DNA from: a virus
Virus record (IMG/VR): IMGVR_UViG_3300042345_000884
Location: 1-64,000 of that record
DNA: 64,000 nt
Direction: 5' to 3' (one strand)
Position numbers and translations under genes: made by a program. Within the stretch, counting starts at the first letter, position 1. Each line of letters opens with the position of its first letter. This document shows, piece by piece, positions 9,319-18,317 of the stretch. The notes under the pieces are model-generated. The model was not told the DNA's origin, did not search any database, and saw nothing but the letters and a program-made list of their open reading frames with translations.

Positions 9319-9807
9319 ATGACAACAGCAGAAGAGTTTTTTAAAAAGTTAGAAGCTATAGAACGCACACACAAAACAAGACTACTACAAAAGATTGCAT
9401 CTTTTTGTTATAAAGAATATAATGCTAATTCTGACTGGAACAGTTGGTCGTTTAAAAATTTTCTTTGGTCTGAATGGCAATTAAAATTTGATGAACAAAT
9501 TTGCCTAATAGCTAATGCTAGGGTTCTTTTAGATAGTCAGACAATAGCCCATGTCGAGGTTTTTTGTGGTTTTATACCAAGCTTTGGCTTAATACCAGAA
9601 ATCAGATTAACTGGTACGATATTTGATTTAAGAACAGGAAAAATAAAAGAAATAGCCATGTGTAAAGAGTATGGTGATCTAGATAATGGGTATTGCTCAG
9701 GATTTGGAATCTCTGACAAACAAGAGGAGATTACCTTTATTCGTGACAAGACAGGCGAAATAGCAGAAGCTATATCAAATTTTATCAAAACTGAAATACA
9801 ATTTTGA
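9319..9807 (+). CDS. paralogue-array protein 8 (divergent)
   Basis: LQKIASFC...ISNFIKTEIQF. Confidence 0.65.
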   Translation: MTTAEEFFKKLEAIERTHKTRLLQKIASFCYKEYNANSDWNSWSFKNFLWSEWQLKFDEQICLIANARVLLDSQTIAHVEVFCGFIPSFGLIPEIRLTGTIFDLRTGKIKEIAMCKEYGDLDNGYCSGFGISDKQEEITFIRDKTGEIAEAISNFIKTEIQF

Positions 9808-9808
9808 G

Positions 9809-10342
9809 GTGATTATGACTTTTAATGACAACGAAAGTGATGCAGAATACTGTGAAAAAATCTTCGGACAAGATTTTGAATATTTAATTCCTGATGATTG
9901 GTGCGAACCAAGTCAAGAGCAAAAAATATTTTATCTACTTTGGACTCCTAGTCTTTGCCATCTTAAGATTGGAAAAGCTGACGACGAAAAAAATCTGTTA
10001 CTAAGACTACAAGAACGAACTCGACAATGCGGTAAAACAATGATTTTAGGAATAAAATATTGTTTTGATCCTACAGAAGAAGAAAAATTCTGGAAAGACA
10101 ATTTATGTATTGGTATGACAAAAAACACAAAAATTAAACCAATTAAAATAGCAAGAGAAGTGTTTGATTTGTCTGCTAATACGGAGTTATTTGATTACCT
10201 TATTTTTATATGCAATCAAAGAAATGTGATAGCTGGAAGTAATCTATGGCGGTTTTGGTGCGATGACTTTTGCGGGGAATTACTTGCAGAAAATCCAAAA
10301 ATAATGGCAAATATTTGCAGTGCTTTGATGGAATTGGACTAG
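9809..10342 (+). CDS. GIY-YIG/T5orf172-like nuclease domain protein
   Basis: IFYLL...LKIGKA....RLQE. Confidence 0.5.
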   Translation: MIMTFNDNESDAEYCEKIFGQDFEYLIPDDWCEPSQEQKIFYLLWTPSLCHLKIGKADDEKNLLLRLQERTRQCGKTMILGIKYCFDPTEEEKFWKDNLCIGMTKNTKIKPIKIAREVFDLSANTELFDYLIFICNQRNVIAGSNLWRFWCDDFCGELLAENPKIMANICSALMELD

Positions 10343-10375
10343 AGATATCTAAAGCTAACAAAATCACCTAATATC

Positions 10376-12199
10376 ATGACACTAACACTACAAACACAAA
10401 CACTTTTTGTACCGCCTAAGCCACAAATTCAATTAAGAGACGACCAAAAAACTCTTAAAAGAGAACTGTATGATGCTCTAAAAATCCATAAAAGAGCCTT
10501 AGTAGTTGCCCCTTGCGGATGGGGAAAGACAGTATTTTTCTGTCAAATAATTTATGATGCCGCCGTAAAAAGACAGCGACGGACTTTAATTGTAGTACCG
10601 TTTACCGTACTCATTCAGCAAACCCTAGAAACTCTAGGGAAATTTGGATTAACTGCCGGAGTAATTGCTGGTAGCTACAAAGAAGATAGAAGTCAATTAG
10701 TTCAGATTGCAACAACTCAAACCTTGTCTAGAGGACGCAGTATTACTTGGTTTAACCCCGAAGTAATACTAGCCGACGAGGTTCATTTATCAGCTTATTG
10801 TCAATGGTTTAAGGATAATTTTACTAATCTTAAGAATGGTAAACAGACAACCTCAATCAAAGACATTCGTGATGAATTAGCAGTATTAGGTATTGCCGTA
10901 GAAAGAGAAGATATAGAAACTTACAAAATAACTTTTGATGAAGCTAAGGAAAAATACAAACATCTTAACTTAATTCACGCTGAATCAAAAGAAATCTTAC
11001 AAGAAATAAACTCGGCATGGGAAGTGATTCGTAAGCAACAGCATCTTTTTTCGGGGAAACCCCTACCAGTAGATAATCGTCTCGTAATTGGTCTAACCGC
11101 AACCCCGTGGCGGTTATCGAAACGTGAAGAGTTAGGGGATATTTTCGAGGTTCAAGTGACTGGGCCTACTCCAAAAGGAATGATCGAACGGGGTGCGCTT
11201 GTTGGCTGTGTCTATTTCGGAACTAAAAATAAAATAAATACTAAAGGGGTAAAAATTAATGGCGGTGACTTTGATGCTAGTCAGTTAGAAATTCGTTGTT
11301 TAGAAGCGGTAAAATCGACGGTTTCCGAGTATCGTAGGCTCGGTCAGGGGAGACAATTTGTTTGTTTTGCGGCGGGTGTGGAACACGCCAAAAGCCTCTG
11401 TACAGAATTTAACGAAAGGGGTATCCCTACGGCTGTTATAACAGCCGAAACACCAGAACAGGAAAGAAGAGAAATATTTAGAAAAGTAGCTGAATTAAGA
11501 TTGAGAGGGATTGTAAATATTAACACTTGTGGAATAGGATTTAACCTACCCGCAATTTCTTGTATTATTCACGCCAGACCGACCAAAAGCCGAACCCTTT
11601 ATATTCAGATGACTGGTCGGGGACAAAGGCTCTGTATTTGGTTAGATAAAGTTGATTGTTTGGTATTGGATCAAGCGGGGAACGTAACCGAACACGGATT
11701 TATTGAAGATGTAGATTATCCTAAGCTCTCTACATCTTCCGATACTCAAAAAGGACAAGCTCCGATTAAAGAGTGCGAAAACTGCGGTAAAATAACCTAC
11801 GCATCTGCTCGTATCTGTCCTCATTGTGGTTACGAATTTCCAACAAAAGAGAAAAAACAAATAGCTAACGAAAGACTAGAAATTATAATTCACGACAAGG
11901 ATAGAGAGTTATACCTAGCCTATAAGTACGCCCTCAAAGAAGCTTACAAGAAAGGTGAACATATTGATAGTGTCCGGGGATGGATGATAAAAACATTCAA
12001 AAATCCTAAATTAAGCAAGGACTGGATGCCTCCTAAAGCTTGGAAGTTGCACGCAATCTTTAAAAAAGACTATACTGTAAAAGACTTGAATAATTACGAG
12101 GCTTACTTGAAAAGTCTTTGTAAAATTGAAAACAATAACTGGGTAAAAGCCAAGATGGGAGAGGAATTCGGGGATGACTGGGACAATATTCGGGAATAA
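10376..12199 (+). CDS. SF2 DEAD/DEAH helicase with C-terminal Zn ribbon
   Basis: APCGWGKT, DEVH, TATP, QMTGRGQR, CENC/CPHC. Confidence 0.9.
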   Translation: MTLTLQTQTLFVPPKPQIQLRDDQKTLKRELYDALKIHKRALVVAPCGWGKTVFFCQIIYDAAVKRQRRTLIVVPFTVLIQQTLETLGKFGLTAGVIAGSYKEDRSQLVQIATTQTLSRGRSITWFNPEVILADEVHLSAYCQWFKDNFTNLKNGKQTTSIKDIRDELAVLGIAVEREDIETYKITFDEAKEKYKHLNLIHAESKEILQEINSAWEVIRKQQHLFSGKPLPVDNRLVIGLTATPWRLSKREELGDIFEVQVTGPTPKGMIERGALVGCVYFGTKNKINTKGVKINGGDFDASQLEIRCLEAVKSTVSEYRRLGQGRQFVCFAAGVEHAKSLCTEFNERGIPTAVITAETPEQERREIFRKVAELRLRGIVNINTCGIGFNLPAISCIIHARPTKSRTLYIQMTGRGQRLCIWLDKVDCLVLDQAGNVTEHGFIEDVDYPKLSTSSDTQKGQAPIKECENCGKITYASARICPHCGYEFPTKEKKQIANERLEIIIHDKDRELYLAYKYALKEAYKKGEHIDSVRGWMIKTFKNPKLSKDWMPPKAWKLHAIFKKDYTVKDLNNYEAYLKSLCKIENNNWVKAKMGEEFGDDWDNIRE

Positions 12200-12839
12200 T
12201 GGGTTATTACTGACATCTTCTCAGGAATATAAAGAACAAATAGCAAACGAGCTATTTAGACTTATTTCTATAGGCTCCGCTCCTATTCTTTCCCGTACCC
12301 TTACTTCACCCCCAAACCCCCAGAATATAGATAGCTACTATATTGTCCCTACAGGAGCTACTGGGGCATGGGCGGGAAAGACCAATCAAATAGCCTACCC
12401 TGTAGTTGGTTTAAACGGATTGCCTACGGGAGTTTGGAGTTTTTGGCAGCCTTTTACTGGTCTAACAGTTTTTCTTGTTTCTGGAGAAACAATATTTTTC
12501 AATGGTACAAATTGGGTACTCGTTTCTAATTTTGATCAATATTCTGGGGATATAGAAGCTCCTACCATTCAAACTTATCCTCTTGATTTTGCTTTATTAA
12601 GAGGGTATAACATCCTAAGTTTTAGTGCCATAAATCAATCCGGTACAGCTACTGTATCAGTTAAAATTAATGGAGTAGATGTCCCTGGGTTAAATAATTT
12701 ATCTATTACTTCTACTCGATTAACTGTTCCCGTAACAACAGGAAATTTTGTTGATGTAGGGAGCAGAGTAGAACTTGTTGTTTCTGCTATCAGTACCCCC
12801 AAACATTTGTTTTTTACTGTAGGAAGGAAATATGTCTAG
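12174..12839 (+). CDS. DUF2793-domain virion protein
   Basis: PP.P...DSYYIVPTGATGAWAGKTNQIA...W.F..P..G. Confidence 0.75.
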   Translation: MTGTIFGNNGLLLTSSQEYKEQIANELFRLISIGSAPILSRTLTSPPNPQNIDSYYIVPTGATGAWAGKTNQIAYPVVGLNGLPTGVWSFWQPFTGLTVFLVSGETIFFNGTNWVLVSNFDQYSGDIEAPTIQTYPLDFALLRGYNILSFSAINQSGTATVSVKINGVDVPGLNNLSITSTRLTVPVTTGNFVDVGSRVELVVSAISTPKHLFFTVGRKYV

Positions 12840-12987
12840 GTATCTGTTTTTTCCACGCAATCTTTTAGTGGTTCCTTATCAATCTGGAATCTATTGCCTA
12901 CCAACTTTTCCTATTAGAATAGAAAAAACTATTAACGTCCCTTATCAATCTGGTATCTATTGTCCCCAAAATATTGTTAGGAGTTAA
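12832..12987 (+). CDS. 51-aa peptide built from the VPYQSGIYC repeat
   Basis: MSRYLFFPRNLLVVPYQSGIYCLPTFP...; below ORF-track cut-off. Confidence 0.45.
   Translation: MSRYLFFPRNLLVVPYQSGIYCLPTFPIRIEKTINVPYQSGIYCPQNIVRS
12871..12980 (+). repeat. 110-bp direct repeat, copy 1
   Basis: 108/110 identical to 14675-14784. Confidence 0.9.
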
Positions 12988-12991
12988 TCTT

Positions 12992-13960
12992 ATGACCTTA
13001 CCTGTTGTTGGTTCAAGAAACACATTTGCCACTTATGGCTGGCGTACCGCTGACGCTGGCGGAGTTTACTTCAATTTGGCTAATTTTCTTTTATTTTTAG
13101 ATGCCATTGGTATCACCTCAACTCATCGGTTTGTCAAACCTGATCCAGATAACCAGATTAATATTCGGTTTCCAGCAGTTGATACTGATTTAATACAATT
13201 CGGGGATGTCGATGGCAGCTTTGGCTGGAGTAGTGGCCGACATCGGGCGCAAATCTTCTTTAGCAATACTATTGGACAAAACCCTTTTTTTTGGGGCTGG
13301 TCAGGACACACTTACCAAACAAAAACTCAACTGAACGACAATAGATTTACAATTGTTGGTAACTATAACGGCGCGGCGTCAGGATATTTTTACGCTTGTG
13401 GAGATAACAAAGGTATCGCTATGTTTGCGATTAATAATACTGGATTAAATACTTTTGGCAACATATATTCCTTCCACTACTTCGGATACTGCGATAATCC
13501 AGCATCAGTTGCTTATTTTGGGAACAATAATTCCTATCCACTGGATTACATTACTGCTTATGGATTGGGTAATGGAACGGGTCCCGACTTGGGGGCGGGA
13601 AGAATCAAAGAAATGACAATACCTGGAGTATCACCGCCAGGCGGTGCAAATCCTCAATTTGTATTACCGATTACTTCTATAGCCTGTGCTACCCCTACAC
13701 CTAATGCTAGTGTTTCCAATCTTATTTTCCGTGACAACGGCACTACCGATTACGGCACTAATTATCCAATAGGAATAGCGAGGCCGTTCTTATTATTTAC
13801 TACTCAAGACCTACCGATAAATAGTCTACACAGAGTTGAAACAGTCCCACCAGCCCAACCAACGCCAGAAGATCACTTTCATCTAGTAGTTAGCAAGGTG
13901 GCTGGGGGCGGCAGCTTGTTGATGCCAATTATTACCGATGGTATTACGATGAATCCTTAA
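12992..13960 (+). CDS. putative tail fibre / receptor-binding protein
   Basis: G/N/T/aromatic-rich, lies among baseplate genes. Confidence 0.55.
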   Translation: MTLPVVGSRNTFATYGWRTADAGGVYFNLANFLLFLDAIGITSTHRFVKPDPDNQINIRFPAVDTDLIQFGDVDGSFGWSSGRHRAQIFFSNTIGQNPFFWGWSGHTYQTKTQLNDNRFTIVGNYNGAASGYFYACGDNKGIAMFAINNTGLNTFGNIYSFHYFGYCDNPASVAYFGNNNSYPLDYITAYGLGNGTGPDLGAGRIKEMTIPGVSPPGGANPQFVLPITSIACATPTPNASVSNLIFRDNGTTDYGTNYPIGIARPFLLFTTQDLPINSLHRVETVPPAQPTPEDHFHLVVSKVAGGGSLLMPIITDGITMNP

Positions 13961-13963
13961 GCT

Positions 13964-14788
13964 ATGATCTACTATCACATTTTTGGAACTGCTAGACAGA
14001 AAAGCTTGGATGGAAGCCAAGAAACCTTTATATTTTGGCGTACGGGTACACCCATTTCTTGGGATAAAAACCCAGTATTAAAGATTGTTGGTGGAATTAA
14101 TTTGTTTGGTCAATTCTGGAAAATAGCCAGCAAATTTGGACAGCAAGTAAATATTTTCTCTATTCCAGAAAATCAGTACAGTTCTCGTTACACTGGTTCG
14201 GTTACTGACACAATTCCTTTGGAAAGAACCAGTAAAAATTACACTTATTCTGGTACTGTAACTGAACCCAAAAAACTTGCCTATGATGTCACAATAATTG
14301 ACATCGTTCGCGTTACTAACGCGAACGATTTTCCCAGTAATCCTTACCCAGTAAATATTCCTGAATTTCCGATTATTCCAGACAAGGATTATCAAACAGA
14401 AATTCAATTTTCTAACTCTTTGCTAGAGAACACAAGCGGAGCCGAACAAAGGATAGTAGAATGGGCTAGTCCCGTTAGGGTATTCAATCTTTCTCGGACT
14501 GTATTAAAACCCGATGATTTAAACGCTATCCTTGATTTTCATGAAGAAATGAAAGGATCAAAAGAAGACTTTCTTTACCGTGATCTTTCTGATTATGAGG
14601 TTAAAAGAAGTCTTTACTATCCTTTAACTTATTGTTCACCAACTTTTCCTATCAGACCAGAAAAAATCATTAATGTTCCTTATCAATCTGGAATCTATTG
14701 CCTACCAACTTTTCCTACCAGAATAGAAAAAACTATTAACGTCCCTTATCAATCTGGTATCTATTGTCCCCAAAATATTGTTAGATAA
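13964..14788 (+). CDS. virion protein containing the N-half of a DUF2460 (GTA-like distal tail) domain
   Basis: SGAEQRIVEW...LDFHEEMKG...FLYRDLSDY. Confidence 0.65.
   Translation: MIYYHIFGTARQKSLDGSQETFIFWRTGTPISWDKNPVLKIVGGINLFGQFWKIASKFGQQVNIFSIPENQYSSRYTGSVTDTIPLERTSKNYTYSGTVTEPKKLAYDVTIIDIVRVTNANDFPSNPYPVNIPEFPIIPDKDYQTEIQFSNSLLENTSGAEQRIVEWASPVRVFNLSRTVLKPDDLNAILDFHEEMKGSKEDFLYRDLSDYEVKRSLYYPLTYCSPTFPIRPEKIINVPYQSGIYCLPTFPTRIEKTINVPYQSGIYCPQNIVR
14675..14784 (+). repeat. 110-bp direct repeat, copy 2
   Basis: see copy 1. Confidence 0.9.
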
Positions 14789-14796
14789 AATTTACT

Positions 14797-16506
14797 ATGT
14801 CTTTAATAAATCTTTCAGCAGATATTCCTCCCATGACAGAAGGAATATTTTCTCCAGAGAATAATGGAATTAATACAGAATTTATCTTGCTTAAAAAATA
14901 TCTTATAGGCGATCCTGTAGGCAATACTAATGAAGTTGGGATCAATATTCATTACAGACCTATTCTTTATCCAGATGTTGAAAATCTAAAGATTTATATA
15001 GGAAATACAGAAATACCACAATCAGAATATATAGTAGCTCCTGATAGAATAGTATTTAATAGCCCTCCTGACACTAACAAAAAATTAACATGGTCAGGTA
15101 CTTTTAAGGTATTGTGTCATTTTGAAGAAGATAAATTAGATTATCAGCCTATTAGGAAAGATGACAGCAATAGAACCATCTTTTCTATTCCAAAGTTAAT
15201 TTTACGGGAATCAAGAATTCAACCAGACATTGCCTTACTGGAATATAATGATGTTTTTTATCCTGGCTTAAACCATGATTTTGATTTAAATCTAACCAAA
15301 AGATGTACGATTTCTCCCAGCTTTGAGACGAATATTATTAGTTTATCTAGTGGAGAAAGAAGAAGATTTTCTCGAAAAAATATCCTTTCTGATATTAGTT
15401 CTTTACAGCAAAGAACAACTTTATCACAAAAAGATATTGACTATTTGATTGCTTTATGGTTGTGTACCAAAGGCTCAGGAGCTACATTTCGTTATCCTGA
15501 TTTAGTTAATGATTTATCTATTTTATCTCGATTTAATTCTGTTTCTTTAAGTTACCAAAACCAAACCTCCTTACAAATCTATTCACTTGGAGAATTACAA
15601 ATTAGAAGATTTACCGAGGGAATACAACAAGACGAGGGATTAGGAGATTTATTTGCAAATTCTGTTTTAACGCTGTGCCATTGCGTTTTAATCGAACTTA
15701 CAAACGGAGAAAAACTCGGTTATACGAATTTCTCTCAAGACTTAAAAATTGGTGGGATAATATTTCGGGCAAGGCAAGCCCTTGATCCGACTGCAATAGA
15801 GAGGCAATTAGGAATACAATCAGATAATCAAGAATATAAGGGTGCTTTTGGCGATAATATTGACGAAAATTTGCTTTTTTCTGATAGATTTAGAGAAGCC
15901 CGAATTATTACAGCAATTGTTAACTGGAAAAACCTACCTAACTCACTTTTAGTCCTTCCAGAAGAACAAATCCAGATAGGTTATGTGGGAGAAATTAAAT
16001 CACTTGGGGGAGAAAGCTATACACTTGAAAATCTTACTGCCTCTAGTATTAATTTAAGGCAAAGTAGGGACGAAAAAACATCGCCTTTTTGCCAATGGGC
16101 TTTTGGGCAAAATAACGGCGACAACTCAGGATGCCGCAAAGAAGTACCATTTTACGAAACTCAAATTGCTGGCGTTAATAGCCGGAGAGACTTTGAAGTG
16201 TGGGGAGAATATCAAAATCTTACTTGGGGGAAATGCACTTTTACGGACGGAGCAAATAAATCAGCTACTTACGCAATTTATCGAACTGTTTCAATATTTG
16301 GGGGTAAAACTCAAATTCAGTTATTTACCGAAGCGTCTAGTCCAGTGGCCGTCCATGACGGCGTAATCCTTACTGCCGGCTGTGACAAAACCTACAATAC
16401 TTGTAAAGACATTTGGAATAATACTATCAATTTTGGCAATATCCCCAGTTTTGGTAACTTTATGCCTGGAAATGACTTTTTATTAAGTTCCCCAAAACAG
16501 CAATAA
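14797..16506 (+). CDS. GTA-like baseplate hub (DUF2460 C-half + DUF2163/BR0599)
   Basis: EFILLKKY..RPI; LCHCVLIELTNGEKLGYT; AGCDKT...C...NNTINFGNIP. Confidence 0.75.
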   Translation: MSLINLSADIPPMTEGIFSPENNGINTEFILLKKYLIGDPVGNTNEVGINIHYRPILYPDVENLKIYIGNTEIPQSEYIVAPDRIVFNSPPDTNKKLTWSGTFKVLCHFEEDKLDYQPIRKDDSNRTIFSIPKLILRESRIQPDIALLEYNDVFYPGLNHDFDLNLTKRCTISPSFETNIISLSSGERRRFSRKNILSDISSLQQRTTLSQKDIDYLIALWLCTKGSGATFRYPDLVNDLSILSRFNSVSLSYQNQTSLQIYSLGELQIRRFTEGIQQDEGLGDLFANSVLTLCHCVLIELTNGEKLGYTNFSQDLKIGGIIFRARQALDPTAIERQLGIQSDNQEYKGAFGDNIDENLLFSDRFREARIITAIVNWKNLPNSLLVLPEEQIQIGYVGEIKSLGGESYTLENLTASSINLRQSRDEKTSPFCQWAFGQNNGDNSGCRKEVPFYETQIAGVNSRRDFEVWGEYQNLTWGKCTFTDGANKSATYAIYRTVSIFGGKTQIQLFTEASSPVAVHDGVILTAGCDKTYNTCKDIWNNTINFGNIPSFGNFMPGNDFLLSSPKQQ

Positions 16507-16656
16507 CAACGACACTGGGATAACTTTCAAAACTTTGGAGGCATCCCAGCTTTGGAAACTTCATAAAAGGCAACGACTTTTACCTTGCACATTTAAGACA
16601 AAATTAAGTTTTTTTAAATATTTTATTCAGTAAAGAAAAAAGACTAGAATGGTTTT

Positions 16657-17112
16657 ATGTTCCCCTTTTACTATGCTCTTGCTAACCAAAGCCATCCCCC
16701 TTTTACTATGTATTATATTTCTCTTGCTAACCAAAGCCATCCCCCCTATGCTGGGAATTATGGTCTAAAAATAAGTTTTAATGACATTGGCACTGTTTTG
16801 GCTATTGCAATAGCATTACTCAGTATGCTTTCAAAAAATACCAGATCACAGGCTAAAGAACTTGATCACGAAACCTTTGAGAAAACATCAAGGAAGATGG
16901 AATCTCTTGAACAGAAACTAGAGAAAATGGTCGAAAAACTATCAACAGGAATAGAAAAACTGACCACATTAACATCTCAACTCGACAAAGAGATGAGCCT
17001 AATTAAAGCCAAACAAGAAGCTTTCTCATCTATTTCTGATCAAATAGAAACAATTCGCAAGAAACAGGAAGAATTTGATAAACGAATTGGAATACTTGAA
17101 CATAAATCTTAA
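16657..17112 (+). CDS. membrane-anchored coiled-coil protein, lysis-associated candidate
   Basis: one TM segment plus coiled coil, upstream of endolysin. Confidence 0.5.
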   Translation: MFPFYYALANQSHPPFTMYYISLANQSHPPYAGNYGLKISFNDIGTVLAIAIALLSMLSKNTRSQAKELDHETFEKTSRKMESLEQKLEKMVEKLSTGIEKLTTLTSQLDKEMSLIKAKQEAFSSISDQIETIRKKQEEFDKRIGILEHKS

Positions 17113-17143
17113 CAGAATTGTTAACTTTACTAACTAAACTACC

Positions 17144-17902
17144 ATGAAATCCCTAACAGCAAATCGCAACACTATCTTAAAGTCTCACCTAATCGACTCT
17201 AGTTCTGAAAGTCTTCCCCAAGATTTTAGATCAATCCTGATTAAAGCTGGACAAAAAGTGATTTATAATAAAATTATTAAAACAGAAAAAAACCATCATT
17301 TACTAGAAATAAAACCTCCAATTGAAGGTAGATTTAATTGGTACGCTTTTGTTAGTCACTTTGACGACCCTAATCCTATCGTAGTCCGCAAGGATCAAGT
17401 TGAGGGCGTGTTTGATAGGTTTAACGATAAGATTACTGATTTCCAGTTTAAAAAATTAGATGAATGTCTTAAAAGATTTGACATTGTTACGTTACCAAGA
17501 GTCCGTCATTTTTTAAGCCAAATAGCCCATGAATCAGCCGGATTAAGATTCTTAGTAGAAATTCATGACGGCTCAAACTATGAAGGTCGCAGAGACTTGG
17601 GAAATACCCGTCCCGGTGATGGTAAAAAATTTCGAGGTGTGGACGCTTTACAAATGACTGGCAGAGCCAATTACCAGTTATTTGCTAATCATATAGGCGA
17701 TCAGCGTGTTATGGAAGGGTGGAAATATGTATCAGAAAGATATTTGTTTTTACCTTCTGGGTTTTGGTGGATGAACAACAAAATAAATGAACTTTGTGAC
17801 CGTGGGGCAACGGTAGAACAAATCACCCGTCGCGTCAACGGTGGTACAAATGGACTAGCTGAAAGAAAACGGTATTATGAAAGGGCTTTAAGATTTATTT
17901 AA
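17144..17902 (+). CDS. endolysin, glycoside hydrolase family 19
   Basis: FLSQIAHES, LGNTRPGDG.KFRG...QMTGRANY, TRRVNGGTNGLAER. Confidence 0.9.
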   Translation: MKSLTANRNTILKSHLIDSSSESLPQDFRSILIKAGQKVIYNKIIKTEKNHHLLEIKPPIEGRFNWYAFVSHFDDPNPIVVRKDQVEGVFDRFNDKITDFQFKKLDECLKRFDIVTLPRVRHFLSQIAHESAGLRFLVEIHDGSNYEGRRDLGNTRPGDGKKFRGVDALQMTGRANYQLFANHIGDQRVMEGWKYVSERYLFLPSGFWWMNNKINELCDRGATVEQITRRVNGGTNGLAERKRYYERALRFI

Positions 17903-17906
17903 AATC

Positions 17907-17935
17907 TTGACAATTCAAAAAGTAATCTGTAATAT
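17907..17935 (+). promoter_or_regulatory. sigma70 promoter (CTTGACAATTC class)
   Basis: TTGACA-17-TAATAT. Confidence 0.7.
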
Positions 17936-17957
17936 TTAGTTAGGTTAAGAGGTTATC

Positions 17958-18227
17958 ATGGATACAAGAGAATTTCGTCCGTTGATTTTAGAAACCGTAG
18001 ATAGTTATCTAGAGTTTATCAACTGTTACAAGATTGTTACAATTACTCATTGTCCCGTAGGGGATAATTATGTAGTGGATGCGACCTCAAAAGTGGGAAT
18101 TACAATATCCAATAAAGCAGCTAAGGTCTTAATGCAAGCAATAGTTACCGATTTATTTTTTTCCAGTGACGATATTGACGAAAGAAAAGTTTTGCGGAGC
18201 GATGGGACATTCGATAGATTTTTATAA
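17958..18227 (+). CDS. hypothetical protein with its own promoter and terminator (moron-like)
   Basis: GAGG RBS; terminator at ~18257-18284. Confidence 0.65.
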   Translation: MDTREFRPLILETVDSYLEFINCYKIVTITHCPVGDNYVVDATSKVGITISNKAAKVLMQAIVTDLFFSSDDIDERKVLRSDGTFDRFL

Positions 18228-18317
18228 TATTTAGATTTCTACTTGGGTGATTTAAGAAAGACCATTAACAAAATGGTCTTTTTTCTTATATCATAGAAAT
18301 AGTACGCGGCTTTCCCA

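Noticed and set aside
12871-14784. DGR template/variable repeat pair
   Set aside because: Only two adjacent mismatches and no reverse transcriptase in the window
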